Source: a virus
Taxonomy: Duplodnaviria > Caudoviricetes
Reading direction: 5' to 3' (one strand)
IMG/VR virus record: IMGVR_UViG_3300043803_000642
Coordinates: 606 to 64,605 of that record
Length of the DNA: 64,000 nucleotides
Shown here: one piece after another, positions 37,401-46,750 of the stretch
How positions within the stretch are numbered: the first letter of the stretch is position 1
Layout of the letters: each line of letters opens with the position of its first letter
Made by a program: the position numbers and the translations under genes
Notes under the pieces: generated by a model
Told to the model about the DNA's origin: nothing
Seen by the model: the letters and a program-made list of their open reading frames with translations, nothing else
The model's database searches: none

Positions 37401-37545
37401 GTCAGAGCTTGGCAACGGTTCCACAGATGCTGGCGCTCGCAAGTTGTACGCGATGATGGACAGAATCCAGCGCGCCCGCAAGAAGTCTGTAGGCAAGCAG
37501 AAGGTAGCGGTCAACAGTAGAGCAGAGAAGTATCTGCCCGCATGA
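34438..37545 (+). CDS. Internal virion/ejection protein with five DUF4214-like repeats and GG motifs
   Basis: GRGDDKVLVHMTPGEV...INPQTGLPE; (L)YxxxLGRxPDxxGxxY x5; GPGDGVSDSIPA...LADGEFVIPA. Confidence 0.7.
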   Translation: MSLHNLAQHLQSAGRGDDKVLVHMTPGEVQGLQSLAMAHGGSLTINPQTGLPEAGFLDSILPMIAGFALGPAGFALMSPMQAALTVGAVGTLATGSLGKGLMAGLGAFGGAGIGGALAGGTAGAVASSADDVLSAANTFKGATPAQIQQVASGQAVTGPTGITQSLASKALTPTQQMQANVLASPVGKLGTNLAQPQFVGEGSRIFATPADLARGVTNTGVQSLAKVAPETFSERLSAVGQGLKNITSDPKKLIQFVKDNPYESAALATSLASGMQEDTKFPERKKGEPLKKLQYEYEPIPIGVAGTSERNYFPNARFTPTGEVYAAGGGLMGLAEGGTVEEMSRLNAVGANTMYPMANQMSYKYSTPRQRPISENVIRPAGEARIDPYTGEQQLAEGGAIAAAYEKYLGRAPDPAGLAFYSDPNISNERVIADLSYANNPERAQFLSRSSTGGGGSTVSTGGGTAANQAAVAQAISSGQASSGTVNIPQGAFYYGGGIPDPFGYGKTGTTTGDAQAVESPFAKTSFRLGSQAPTIGAQTTAASPSQVADIYERVLGRQVDLPGLEFYARQQRLAPSALEQTLQYSPEFFENLAKPLVPKLVYDQSGRAMIEGSGVPYNPAQYGYPGPVVQPPSLPKMSATAPSGGITGGITGGTTGGTTGGITGGITGGTTGGTTGGTTGGTTTGTGREISTAPGAYQYNYFENKPEENALIRQYQTGPNEKARADLTELYLRQLGRLPDAPGFDYYMKTIGADNIIDPKEAEMFINNASPELADRRALTALYREVGGRDPDIPGLEYYMSEIGKAGGIDPIKDRLIAGLKQEVDMANAGYRAPTPNQMGSRMTEAEAAALQAKAPFLYGTIPGTVSSEYPAGRDNNKAREQLYNLYEQKLGRTPDMAGFNYWINEFGRDNQIDAAEMAKFLQGAKEAGETVRMAGGGIADLGGYSDGGRLLKGPGDGVSDSIPAVIGDRQPARLADGEFVIPARIVSELGNGSTDAGARKLYAMMDRIQRARKKSVGKQKVAVNSRAEKYLPA
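36370..36500 (+). repeat. Coding tandem repeat GG(I/T)T, about ten copies
   Basis: GGITGGITGGTTGGTTGGITGGITGGTTGGTTGGTTGGTT. Confidence 0.85.
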
Positions 37546-37988
37546 ACTTAGAGGGCAAGTTAGAGTGGTTTGGTGGCAACGAAGATGCGCTTGCCATGTA
37601 TCGGATGTTCATTGACTTGGCACACACCTGGGATGACTTGGTAGACAAGGACAAGGAAGTTTCCGAGGCAAGGATTAACAACGCGTTCATGATCTGTTTG
37701 GTGTATCTGCCCATGAACAAGTTTTATCAAACCATACAGTATGCGATCTTGCCCATGTGGATCGCGGTAGTGTCGGCGTATCAGACGGCCAATCACTACG
37801 AAAGAACGAAAGACGAGCATGGCATTGAAATAGCGCACGGCCTTCGGTATGCGGTTGGCAACATCATTACCTACGCCGTGCATGTTTGTATAGGCCCAGA
37901 GCAAGCAGCGAATTACATGCCGGAAGTGTGGAAGCAGATCATGGTTGAGCGGTACGACAATTACCGCAAGGAGCATCTAAATGTTTAA
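37542..37988 (+). CDS. All-alpha protein with DDxxD motif (isoprenoid synthase/prenyltransferase-like)
   Basis: LAHTWDDLVDKD; helical pattern; lies between ejection genes. Confidence 0.55.
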   Translation: MNLEGKLEWFGGNEDALAMYRMFIDLAHTWDDLVDKDKEVSEARINNAFMICLVYLPMNKFYQTIQYAILPMWIAVVSAYQTANHYERTKDEHGIEIAHGLRYAVGNIITYAVHVCIGPEQAANYMPEVWKQIMVERYDNYRKEHLNV

Positions 37989-39015
37989 TTTTTTCAAGTG
38001 GCTGTTTAACCCTTCTTGGTTTACGTTCAACATGGGCGATGGTGGTGGTGGCACTCCCACCGCGATGACGCAGACAGCGCTGTCGTACTCGCCGGAAGTC
38101 CAGCCACTGGTCAATCAAGTGTTGATGGAGTCTGCCGGTCTAGCGCAGCAGCAGTACCAGCCATATCAGTACCAGCGTATCGCAGGCTTTGACCCTATGC
38201 AGCTGCAAGCGCAGCAGGCAACGGCCAACCTCGCGGTATCTCCGTATGTGAACCCGGCTGCCCAAGCTGCTACCGGCGCGACACAAGCTGGTCTCGCAGG
38301 CATCTACAACCCATCTCTTTTGGCTGGTGAGTCATTCACAGCGCCTGGCATGGCAGCGTCCTACATGTCACCGTACATGCAGAACGTGGTGGACATCGGC
38401 AAGCGTGAGGCGCAGAGACAGGCAGATGTTGCTCGTACACAGCGTGGCTTTCAGGCTGCCCGCGCAGGTGCGTTTGGTGGCTCGCGTCAGGCCATCATGG
38501 AGGCAGAAGCCCAGCGTAATTTGGCGCAGCAGATGGGCGACATCCAAGCCAGAGGATCGCAGGCTGCATACGAGCAAGCAGCACAGCAGTTCCAGTCTGA
38601 GCAGGCGCGTCGCCTACAGGCATCGCAGCTTGGTCTGACATCGGCGTTGCAGGGTGCGCAACAGCTGGGTCAGTTAGGCCAACTACAGTTCGGTCAGGCC
38701 AAGGATATCGTCGGCTTGCAGGCAGCAGCGGGCGCAGAGCGTCAGGCGTTGCAGCAGAAGAAGCTGGAGCAGGACTACCAAGACTTCCTGCGTCAGAAGC
38801 AGTTCCCATATCAGCAGGCGCAGTTCATCATGGAGATGGCGCGTGGTATGCCGATGCAATCGACAGAACAAATCTACAAAGCGCCGCCGTCTGCGCTGGG
38901 TCAGTTGGGCGGTCTTGCGGCTATCTATGCTGGCACACGAGCAAATCAAGGTATGCCCATCTTTGGCGCCAAAGGCGGCCTGATGGAACTAGGCCTGCAC
39001 AACTTGAAGGACTAA
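37981..39015 (+). CDS. DNA transfer/ejection protein
   Basis: Gln/Ala-rich; YMSPYMQNVV, AGAFGGSRQAI; aromatic N-terminal leader then GGGG. Confidence 0.7.
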   Translation: MFNFFKWLFNPSWFTFNMGDGGGGTPTAMTQTALSYSPEVQPLVNQVLMESAGLAQQQYQPYQYQRIAGFDPMQLQAQQATANLAVSPYVNPAAQAATGATQAGLAGIYNPSLLAGESFTAPGMAASYMSPYMQNVVDIGKREAQRQADVARTQRGFQAARAGAFGGSRQAIMEAEAQRNLAQQMGDIQARGSQAAYEQAAQQFQSEQARRLQASQLGLTSALQGAQQLGQLGQLQFGQAKDIVGLQAAAGAERQALQQKKLEQDYQDFLRQKQFPYQQAQFIMEMARGMPMQSTEQIYKAPPSALGQLGGLAAIYAGTRANQGMPIFGAKGGLMELGLHNLKD

Positions 39016-39019
39016 GAAC

Positions 39020-40549
39020 ATGGCTATCCCTGGCATCCAAGAGATACAGACGCTGGCAACCAAGTACAGCAAGACACAGTTGCAGCAGATGGCGCAGAGG
39101 GGTCTGATAGATCCGACCAAGGCCGTGATGGCCGGGATGATGATCGACCGCATCCAGCAACAGAACATGCAACCTCCGCAGCAGACAGTGGCAGATGAGG
39201 TGCTGGGGGTCAACGTCCTGCGCGATCGCTTTGGCAACGTGGTTCGTTCTGGCTCTGGGCAAGCAGTCCGCACTGGCGTTGAGCAAGACCGATTTGGTAA
39301 TGTAATTCGCCCAACCGAGAAACAATCAGCGGGCGTGACAGCGCTACCTTCGGGCTTGCCAGAGGAAATGGCAGGCGGCGGTCTTGTGGCGTTTGCTGAA
39401 GGTGGCGATGTACCGGGCTATGCCAAGGGTGATCTTATTGATGCCGCAGATACTGTAAGACGTTCCGGCATGACGCCTGATCAGCTTGCCCAGATGTTTT
39501 CTTCAGCTGCTCCGGGCGCACCTGCTGATTCTGGCACTCCTGCCGTCCAGCCTGCGCAAAGCGGTATTCAGAATTTGGCGTTTCCAAAAGAAGCCGGCAT
39601 GGGTGGCGTGAAATTGCGAGACTACCCGACACGCCCAGAACCTTCTCTCAAAAGCGAGTTTGATTTATTGCGTGAGGCGCAAAAAGAAGCTGGGCTGGAT
39701 GACGCGGCTATGTTCAGGCAGATGCGCGAGGAAGAGAAAGCTCGGCGCGAGGAATTGAAAGGGCGCAAAGATCAGGCGTTTGGTAATGCTCTAATCATGG
39801 CGGGCTTTGGTTTGCTGGGCGCTCGCAAGGGCGAGGAGTTTGAGGTTCTGTCCACGGTCGGTAGACAAGGCGTCATGCAGTATGGCGCAGCCCTAAAAGA
39901 TATCAGAGAGACAGAAAACGATATCAGGAAAGCCGAGCGTCAATTGACATTGGCAGAGAATCAACTCAAGCGTGATCAATCTTCTAAAGCGCAAGATCGT
40001 TACGACACCAAGCTCAAAGAACTGCGTGATATAGAGATCAAGTCTGTTGATCAGTACAATAAAACTGTTGGCGATCTTGCAAAACTCAACATGGATGTGT
40101 TCAAGCTTAACGAAGAAAAGGCGTATCGCATGGCGATTGCCCAGCTTGAATCCCAGACTAGGCTTGATGTTGAAAAGTTGCAGCAAAGCGGTGCGTTTGC
40201 AAGAGCCGGAATGGGCGAGACATCTACATTGGCAAAAGAAGTTTTGGCGGATTTACGCAAGACCAATCCAAATGCCACGCTTGCTGATGCTGTTGCTATC
40301 GTTAAAGGTGGTGGTGGCGTTAGCGCAGCATCTTTGGCGGACAAAGCTGCCGACAATGTATCCAAGCGAGCGCAGGTTGATATGAACTTTGCCATGAGTT
40401 TGCGTGATCCAAATGCATATGCAAAAGCCGTGGAAGAAGAAACTCGCAGACTGCAAGGGCAGGCTGGGAGGCCATCGACAACCGGCGCCTCGGCATATCA
40501 ATTAAGTCCAGAAGCACAGAAAGCCCTGCAACAGTACGGCGGAAAATAA
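39020..40549 (+). CDS. Internal virion/ejection protein
   Basis: MAGGGLVAFAEGG; long coiled coil. Confidence 0.65.
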   Translation: MAIPGIQEIQTLATKYSKTQLQQMAQRGLIDPTKAVMAGMMIDRIQQQNMQPPQQTVADEVLGVNVLRDRFGNVVRSGSGQAVRTGVEQDRFGNVIRPTEKQSAGVTALPSGLPEEMAGGGLVAFAEGGDVPGYAKGDLIDAADTVRRSGMTPDQLAQMFSSAAPGAPADSGTPAVQPAQSGIQNLAFPKEAGMGGVKLRDYPTRPEPSLKSEFDLLREAQKEAGLDDAAMFRQMREEEKARREELKGRKDQAFGNALIMAGFGLLGARKGEEFEVLSTVGRQGVMQYGAALKDIRETENDIRKAERQLTLAENQLKRDQSSKAQDRYDTKLKELRDIEIKSVDQYNKTVGDLAKLNMDVFKLNEEKAYRMAIAQLESQTRLDVEKLQQSGAFARAGMGETSTLAKEVLADLRKTNPNATLADAVAIVKGGGGVSAASLADKAADNVSKRAQVDMNFAMSLRDPNAYAKAVEEETRRLQGQAGRPSTTGASAYQLSPEAQKALQQYGGK

Positions 40550-43500
40550 ATGGCTACAGCACAAGAGCTTGAACGCGCTTTTCTAAACGCACACAGGGCG
40601 GGCGACAAGCAGGCTGCTCAAGCACTTGCTGATGCGCTGCGTTCCACTATGGCTGCGCAACCAGCAGAAGCGCCTGCTGCCCCGAAAGAGCGCACGTTTG
40701 GTGAAGCGGCGAAGGATATTGGTGCTGGCGTAGTCTCCGGCGCTGGCGCACTGACGCAGCTGCCAGGCCAGTTATATGGTCTGGCTACCGGCGACTTCTC
40801 TGACACAGGTCTGACCAGAATCGGTCGCGAGATGCGCGAGACTGGCGAGGCCATGAAGTCGGAAGAGCTGAAGCGCCGCGAGGCAGAGCGCGCAGCCAAG
40901 ATCAAAGAAGCAGGAAAAGAAGGCGAGATATCCAAGGGTGTTACCGCCTTTGTGGAGACCATCAAAGATCCTGCGCTGCTATCTAACTTCATCGCAGAAC
41001 AAGCACCAAACCTGCTGCCGGGTCTGGCGGTTGCTCGTGGTTTGAGCCTAGCCGGTGCTGGCGCTAGAACTGCTGTGGCTGGCGCTGTAGGCACGGGCGC
41101 AACACAACAAGGTGCTGATATCGGCGCCGACACGTATGTCCAGCTGTACAAAGAGATGGTGGACAAAGGCGTGTCCGAGTCTGAGGCTGCTGGCCGCGCG
41201 CTGGGCTACGCTCGTGCGTCGGGGGCAAGTGCTGCGGTAATCTCACTGGCAGCCCAGATGTTGCCTGGTGGCCGCGCTATCGAACGTGCCATGGCGAAGG
41301 TGCCAATCAAAGGCGGTCTTGCTGCTAGAGGTGCTGCTGCTGCCAAGGGTGGCGCAGGCGAGACTATCAGCGAGATGATCGAAGAAGGCGGCGGCAAGGT
41401 AGCGCAGAACCTTCAGGCACAGAACGTTGATCCTACTCGCAGCCTGACAGAAGGCGTGGGCGAGACTATGGGTATGGCTGCTGTTGGCGGCCTCGGTCTT
41501 GGCACTGCTGCTGGACTGACACGCAGGGCAGAAGCACCAGAAGCCAGACCAACAGAAGAACCCACGGCAGAACCAGCAGTACAACCTGCTGCACGGGTAG
41601 AGCCTGCGCCTGCTGTGCCGCCTGTTCCTGGCGTACCGGAAGCGGCTGTGTCAGAAGACGAGCTGCGCGCACGGGCGGAAGCGCCGCCGATTGCAGAAGC
41701 AGAGTTTGTTGCAGGAGAGCCTGCGCCACGTCCACCAGAGCTTGCCGAGATGGAGCAAGACATGGAGACGCTGGGCAAGGAAGCCAAACGCTTAGAGCGC
41801 GGCGAGCCAGGCAAGAGTCTGTGGTCGGCCATCAAAGGCAGCCTTACGCCGTCTGACTTCAGTGAGCTAGATGACAAGAAGTTCAGGATGCTGCTTGCAC
41901 CCAAGGGTACGAGAGGCGTGTCGATTGCTGACCTGACCGCAAGTGGACAGCTGAATGACTGGTTGCCAGAGCAATATCACGGGTCACCAGATCAGCTTGA
42001 GTTCGGGCGCCTTGAAGGCGATGAGCTTGGGAAAGCGAAGGACGCTGAAGAGTACATCAAGGACCAACTACGCCAAGGAAACTATCTGACCTACGCAACC
42101 AACATGCGATTGAAACAGATCGGTGTTGAGTTATCAAACATAGAAGACGCCTACAGGGAGTATGCAGATGCAGAAACGTTCAACACCCTCATCCAAGAAG
42201 CCCTTGATGAGCAAAGAGCAGTTTATGAAGACCTTACGGGCGCTCCCACCGAAGCAGAGACTGGAGTTACTGAGCCACCTGCGCGAGTTCTCGAACAAAT
42301 CCCAGAAGAGCGAGTAGAAGAAGAGTACTTCCCAGATCAGGAAGAACTGCCACAAGGTCAAGGCCGATTAGCGGAAAAGTTAATAAGCAGAGCCCCCGAT
42401 TGGGTTCCGCAGAAGATTTGGGATTTGCACGAAAAATTGAACAGAGCTGATGCCGAGGCATCTGGTCGCGTCCCTTTGCGCCCGAATAAACAAGGCGCCG
42501 TGCCAACGTCTGGCATGTTAGCTCGCAATCAAACCATGATATTCCGCCGCTTAAATCAAGCGGTGAATGAATACTTTAATGGCGATGAGCAACAAGCTCT
42601 AGCCTTTATGGTTAGGATGAATCAAGAATCCAGTCGCCGAGAAGAAGATGCATCACGCGATGAGCGCGAGGAGCGCGAGCAGCTTGTCATCAACAAGGAC
42701 AAAGAGTTTGAACGCATCGAGAAAGAGCTGACCGGCAAGACGCTTCTGCAAGTATCAAAGTGGGCTGTCGATAACGCGCCCAACAAGTTTGCCAAGGCTA
42801 TTGCGCAGAAGGTGCTGAACCGTTTGAACGGCATGGCATCTCGCGGCATCAAGCTGGAGTTTGATATTGCTGGCGGAGATCGTCGTCCGTTGATGATGCG
42901 CGGCGCCCGTGGGGTGACGGAGTACACCTTCGGGGAAAGAGGCAAGCCCGGCGTTGCAGAAATCAAGATCACACTCAACGGCGCTCCTGTTGTAGACAAT
43001 CAATCAGGCTACCCGCCTGGCACTCGGTACATTACCGTCCTACATGAGCTGCTCCACGCGGCAACAGTAGGTCAGATCAACGTCCTCAAGGGTGATGATC
43101 CGCTAGTCAAAGAGCTGCGTGATCTGTTCAACAAGGTTGTGACGCACTTCAATACAGAGGTGCGCGCGGGTCGCCTGACTCCGTTTATGGAAAAGATGTA
43201 TGCCGGCCAGATAAACGCCCTGACCGGCCCTGATGAGCTAGTCGCATGGGGTATCGCAGATCAGGACATGCAGCAGTTCCTGTCAGAGATCAAGGTAGGC
43301 GATAAGACCATCATGGACAAGCTTGTGGAGTTGATCCGCAAGATCCTGAACATCACCAAGCCATACCTGACCGCGCTGGATCAGCTGGTCAAGACTACCG
43401 AATCCATCCTTGACGAAGATGTCAACGTGGTGGGAGATAAGATTATTGCCAAGCAGTACAGCTTTGGAGTGAAGCCTGGTGCTGCGCCTGTGCAGGGCTC

Positions 43501-46500
43501 ATTGTTTGAGCAGGGGCGGAACGTTAAGACGCCCGAGTTCCGCAAGTGGTTTGGCAAGAGCAAGGTTGTGGATCAGGACGGTCGGCCGCGTGTGATGTAT
43601 CACGGTACGGTGTCAGACTTTGATACGTTCATCCCTGATTCGCACTTTGGTACAGCTCGGGCAGCTAATCAGCGGGCGCGGTCATGGAGCGCACAGAACG
43701 GCGAAAGGCCGACGCAGATCATGCCCGTGTATCTGCGCATCGAGAATCCACTGCGAGTGATGGACAATGAAGCCTCCGACGAGGCGGCGTTGCTCAACGC
43801 TATCAAGCGCGGCAAGTATCCACAACTTGATTTGGGTATCGCAAATCGAGATGGCGCGTACGCTGCGGCAAAGGCAGCGGGCTACGATGGTCTTGTCTAT
43901 CAAAACAAGGTAGAAGACAGGAACAAGCTATCGTACGTAGCTTTCGATCCTAATCAGATCAAGTCCATCTTCAATGAACGCCCGACAGAAGCAGCCGGTA
44001 TCTTGCGGGAGCAGGCAGAAAAGCCAAGCCCCGCACAGAAAGCCAAGGCCGCTGCACAGAAGGCGTTGCAGAAGCGCACCCTGAAGAAGAGTCAGTTTGA
44101 TGGTGTGCCGGATGATCTGTACAACGCGCTTGAGCCGGTGTTTGCGCCTGAGAAGAAAACCATCATCGACAAGATAGATGGGATGCGTGACGGCTTTTTC
44201 ATGAAGCTAGCGCAGGGCGTGGCAGACCAGTATCGCTCTATCAAAGACATCAGCCAAGAAGCCTACATGAAAGCCCGCATGTCGAAGACTATCGACGGCG
44301 CGCTGGAGGGTATCTTGTTTAACGGTCGAGTCAAGCTGACTGACGGCGCTTTGGATATTGCCCCCAACACAAAAGGCTTGCTCAAGGTTCTGGAGCCTGT
44401 GGGTAATGAGGTAGACCGGTATCAGATCTGGGTGGCGTTACAGCGTGATGCTGAGTTAGTAGCGAAAGGGAAAGCGCCATCTGTTGATCGCGACATTGTA
44501 GCCCGTAGAGATGAGCTATCTGCCGGAAAAATTGGCAATCAATCCAGGTTGAAGGTATACGAGCAAGTTCAGCGCGACATGAAGATACTGAATGGTTCTG
44601 TGTTGACCGTCGCGTTGCGTCAAGGAATCATCGACAAAGAAGCGTACAAGATTTACCGCCGCGATATCAACTACATCCCTTTCTACAAGGTGATGGATGA
44701 GAACGGCGACGTGCAGGGCGCTGCCACCAAGTCTGGCCTGATTAATCAGTACTTCTCGAAAGCGCTGAAAGGCGGAGAGAAACCTTTTGGCGATCTGATG
44801 GAGAACACCCTGCGCAACTGGAGTCACATCCTGTCTGCGTCCATGAAGAACGAGGCTGCCAACGCTACCGTACGGGCAACTATGGATCTGGGTGGTGCGT
44901 TCCCCAACCTGAAGGTCGGTCTGGAATGGCGTGATGGCAAGGTCTACAGCAGCAAGTCAGGCGAGTTGATTGGTGACGGCAAGCTAAAGCCGGAGTACAC
45001 CACCAGCGGCAAGGGCATGATCAAGACTATGATCGATGGCAAGCCTGCGTACTTTGACATCGTGGATCCTATGTTGCTGGAATCCATCATGTCGATCGGC
45101 TACATGGGTCCAAAGTCCAAGTTCCTTGATATTGCTCGCGACTTCAAGAATCTGCTCCAGTTTGGTGTCACGCTGTCACCGGCATTCAAGATTCGTAACT
45201 TGTTCCGTGATTCGATCTCGGCTATCGCTGTGACGGATCTGAAGAAGAATCCATTTGCCAACGTCATTGAAGGCTGGGCGGCATCTGACCGCAACAATCC
45301 TGCGCATATCTCTGCGCTTGCAGGCGGCGCGATCTTTAACTTCGGTTCCGCATATGAGGGCGATCAGGCCAAGCTGATCAAGCGCTTGCTCGACAGCGGC
45401 ATCAAGGGTGAGAACATCCTAGATAACGAGAAGAAGATCGAGGCTGGGCTGCGTACTGCGTGGCGGGCGTATCAGGAACTAGGCAACAAATCAGAATCCG
45501 CTAACCGTATGGCGCTGTACAAGCAGCTGAAGGATCAAGGCTATAGCCATCTGGAAGCATCGTTCTACGCCAGAGACATGCTGGACTTCTCCATGCAAGG
45601 CTCATGGCCTGCCTTCCGCTTGGTCACGCAGGTAGTTCCATTCTTAAATGCCCGCGTGCAGGGTCTGTACAAACTAGGCAGAGATGGCATCGTGCCTACC
45701 AGCCGAGTGATCTACAACACGGTCACTGGCAAACCCATAGAGGCCACAGACAAGCAGCGGGCAGAGCAGTTTAGCGTCGTGATGGGCGCTGTCGTGTTGG
45801 CCTCTCTGATGCTGTACATGGCATTCAAAGATGACGAAGAGTTCAAGAAGCGGGAGCAGTGGGACCGCGATAACTTTTGGTGGTTCAGGCTTCCAGGTAT
45901 GGATGCCGCCATCCGTGTACCCAAGCCATTTGAGATCGGCGCTATGGGTACGTTGGCAGAGCGTACGCTAGAGCAGATCATTGATCAGGGCGCAGAGGGC
46001 AAGGTATTTGGGCAGTCAATCAGCCGTATGCTGACGGATACCTTTGCGATCAACCCGATCCCGCAGGTCTTCAAGCCATTGGTAGATCTGTACGCCAACA
46101 AGGATAGCTTCACCGGTGCGCCGATCGAGACTGCGGGCATGGAGCGTCTGTCGAAAGCAGAGCGCATAGCAGAGAGAACCAGCCCGCTGGCCATCGGTCT
46201 ATCGCAGGTGGCAAACGTATTCCTGCCAGAGTCGATGGAAGTATCTCCGGTACAAACAGACTACGCGATCAAGGGATATCTTGGCTGGCTAGGCGGCACC
46301 ATTTCTGCAACGTCACACTACGCTGTGATGCCATTCTCCAAGTCTGCCTACCCAGATGCCAACTGGACAGAGACCATGTCGATGGGCTTCATCAAGACGT
46401 TGCCTGCCACGCAGTCCAAGTACGTCACGGCGTTCTACGAGAACAACAAAGAGATCAGCCAGGCATACGCTGACATGCGGCACTTCGCGCAGCTAGGTCA

Positions 46501-46750
46501 GGCAGACAAAGTGCAGGAGATCTTGAAGGAGAAGGGCGACAAGATTGCGATGGCCAAGTTCTACGACAACGCTTCCAAGGACATGGCCAAGATGCGTCAG
46601 GCAATCATTGCCATCCGTAACGACGAGAACATGACCGGCGCTCAGAAGAAGGAAGAGACGGATCGGATAAAGATCCTGATCGGCGAGCTGGCCAAGCAGA
46701 TGGAAGAAGCGCGGATAGAGGTCAAGAAGACTTATGCAGCCGCTCGATAG
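40550..46750 (+). CDS. Large polyvalent ejection protein (zincin HELLH, ADP-ribosyltransferase-like domain, LPD38)
   Basis: TVLHELLHAA; FRKWFGKSKVVD..G.P...YHGT...PVYL...GYDG...FDPNQIKS; RVPKPFEIG...NKDSFTGAPI. Confidence 0.8.
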   Translation: MATAQELERAFLNAHRAGDKQAAQALADALRSTMAAQPAEAPAAPKERTFGEAAKDIGAGVVSGAGALTQLPGQLYGLATGDFSDTGLTRIGREMRETGEAMKSEELKRREAERAAKIKEAGKEGEISKGVTAFVETIKDPALLSNFIAEQAPNLLPGLAVARGLSLAGAGARTAVAGAVGTGATQQGADIGADTYVQLYKEMVDKGVSESEAAGRALGYARASGASAAVISLAAQMLPGGRAIERAMAKVPIKGGLAARGAAAAKGGAGETISEMIEEGGGKVAQNLQAQNVDPTRSLTEGVGETMGMAAVGGLGLGTAAGLTRRAEAPEARPTEEPTAEPAVQPAARVEPAPAVPPVPGVPEAAVSEDELRARAEAPPIAEAEFVAGEPAPRPPELAEMEQDMETLGKEAKRLERGEPGKSLWSAIKGSLTPSDFSELDDKKFRMLLAPKGTRGVSIADLTASGQLNDWLPEQYHGSPDQLEFGRLEGDELGKAKDAEEYIKDQLRQGNYLTYATNMRLKQIGVELSNIEDAYREYADAETFNTLIQEALDEQRAVYEDLTGAPTEAETGVTEPPARVLEQIPEERVEEEYFPDQEELPQGQGRLAEKLISRAPDWVPQKIWDLHEKLNRADAEASGRVPLRPNKQGAVPTSGMLARNQTMIFRRLNQAVNEYFNGDEQQALAFMVRMNQESSRREEDASRDEREEREQLVINKDKEFERIEKELTGKTLLQVSKWAVDNAPNKFAKAIAQKVLNRLNGMASRGIKLEFDIAGGDRRPLMMRGARGVTEYTFGERGKPGVAEIKITLNGAPVVDNQSGYPPGTRYITVLHELLHAATVGQINVLKGDDPLVKELRDLFNKVVTHFNTEVRAGRLTPFMEKMYAGQINALTGPDELVAWGIADQDMQQFLSEIKVGDKTIMDKLVELIRKILNITKPYLTALDQLVKTTESILDEDVNVVGDKIIAKQYSFGVKPGAAPVQGSLFEQGRNVKTPEFRKWFGKSKVVDQDGRPRVMYHGTVSDFDTFIPDSHFGTARAANQRARSWSAQNGERPTQIMPVYLRIENPLRVMDNEASDEAALLNAIKRGKYPQLDLGIANRDGAYAAAKAAGYDGLVYQNKVEDRNKLSYVAFDPNQIKSIFNERPTEAAGILREQAEKPSPAQKAKAAAQKALQKRTLKKSQFDGVPDDLYNALEPVFAPEKKTIIDKIDGMRDGFFMKLAQGVADQYRSIKDISQEAYMKARMSKTIDGALEGILFNGRVKLTDGALDIAPNTKGLLKVLEPVGNEVDRYQIWVALQRDAELVAKGKAPSVDRDIVARRDELSAGKIGNQSRLKVYEQVQRDMKILNGSVLTVALRQGIIDKEAYKIYRRDINYIPFYKVMDENGDVQGAATKSGLINQYFSKALKGGEKPFGDLMENTLRNWSHILSASMKNEAANATVRATMDLGGAFPNLKVGLEWRDGKVYSSKSGELIGDGKLKPEYTTSGKGMIKTMIDGKPAYFDIVDPMLLESIMSIGYMGPKSKFLDIARDFKNLLQFGVTLSPAFKIRNLFRDSISAIAVTDLKKNPFANVIEGWAASDRNNPAHISALAGGAIFNFGSAYEGDQAKLIKRLLDSGIKGENILDNEKKIEAGLRTAWRAYQELGNKSESANRMALYKQLKDQGYSHLEASFYARDMLDFSMQGSWPAFRLVTQVVPFLNARVQGLYKLGRDGIVPTSRVIYNTVTGKPIEATDKQRAEQFSVVMGAVVLASLMLYMAFKDDEEFKKREQWDRDNFWWFRLPGMDAAIRVPKPFEIGAMGTLAERTLEQIIDQGAEGKVFGQSISRMLTDTFAINPIPQVFKPLVDLYANKDSFTGAPIETAGMERLSKAERIAERTSPLAIGLSQVANVFLPESMEVSPVQTDYAIKGYLGWLGGTISATSHYAVMPFSKSAYPDANWTETMSMGFIKTLPATQSKYVTAFYENNKEISQAYADMRHFAQLGQADKVQEILKEKGDKIAMAKFYDNASKDMAKMRQAIIAIRNDENMTGAQKKEETDRIKILIGELAKQMEEARIEVKKTYAAAR

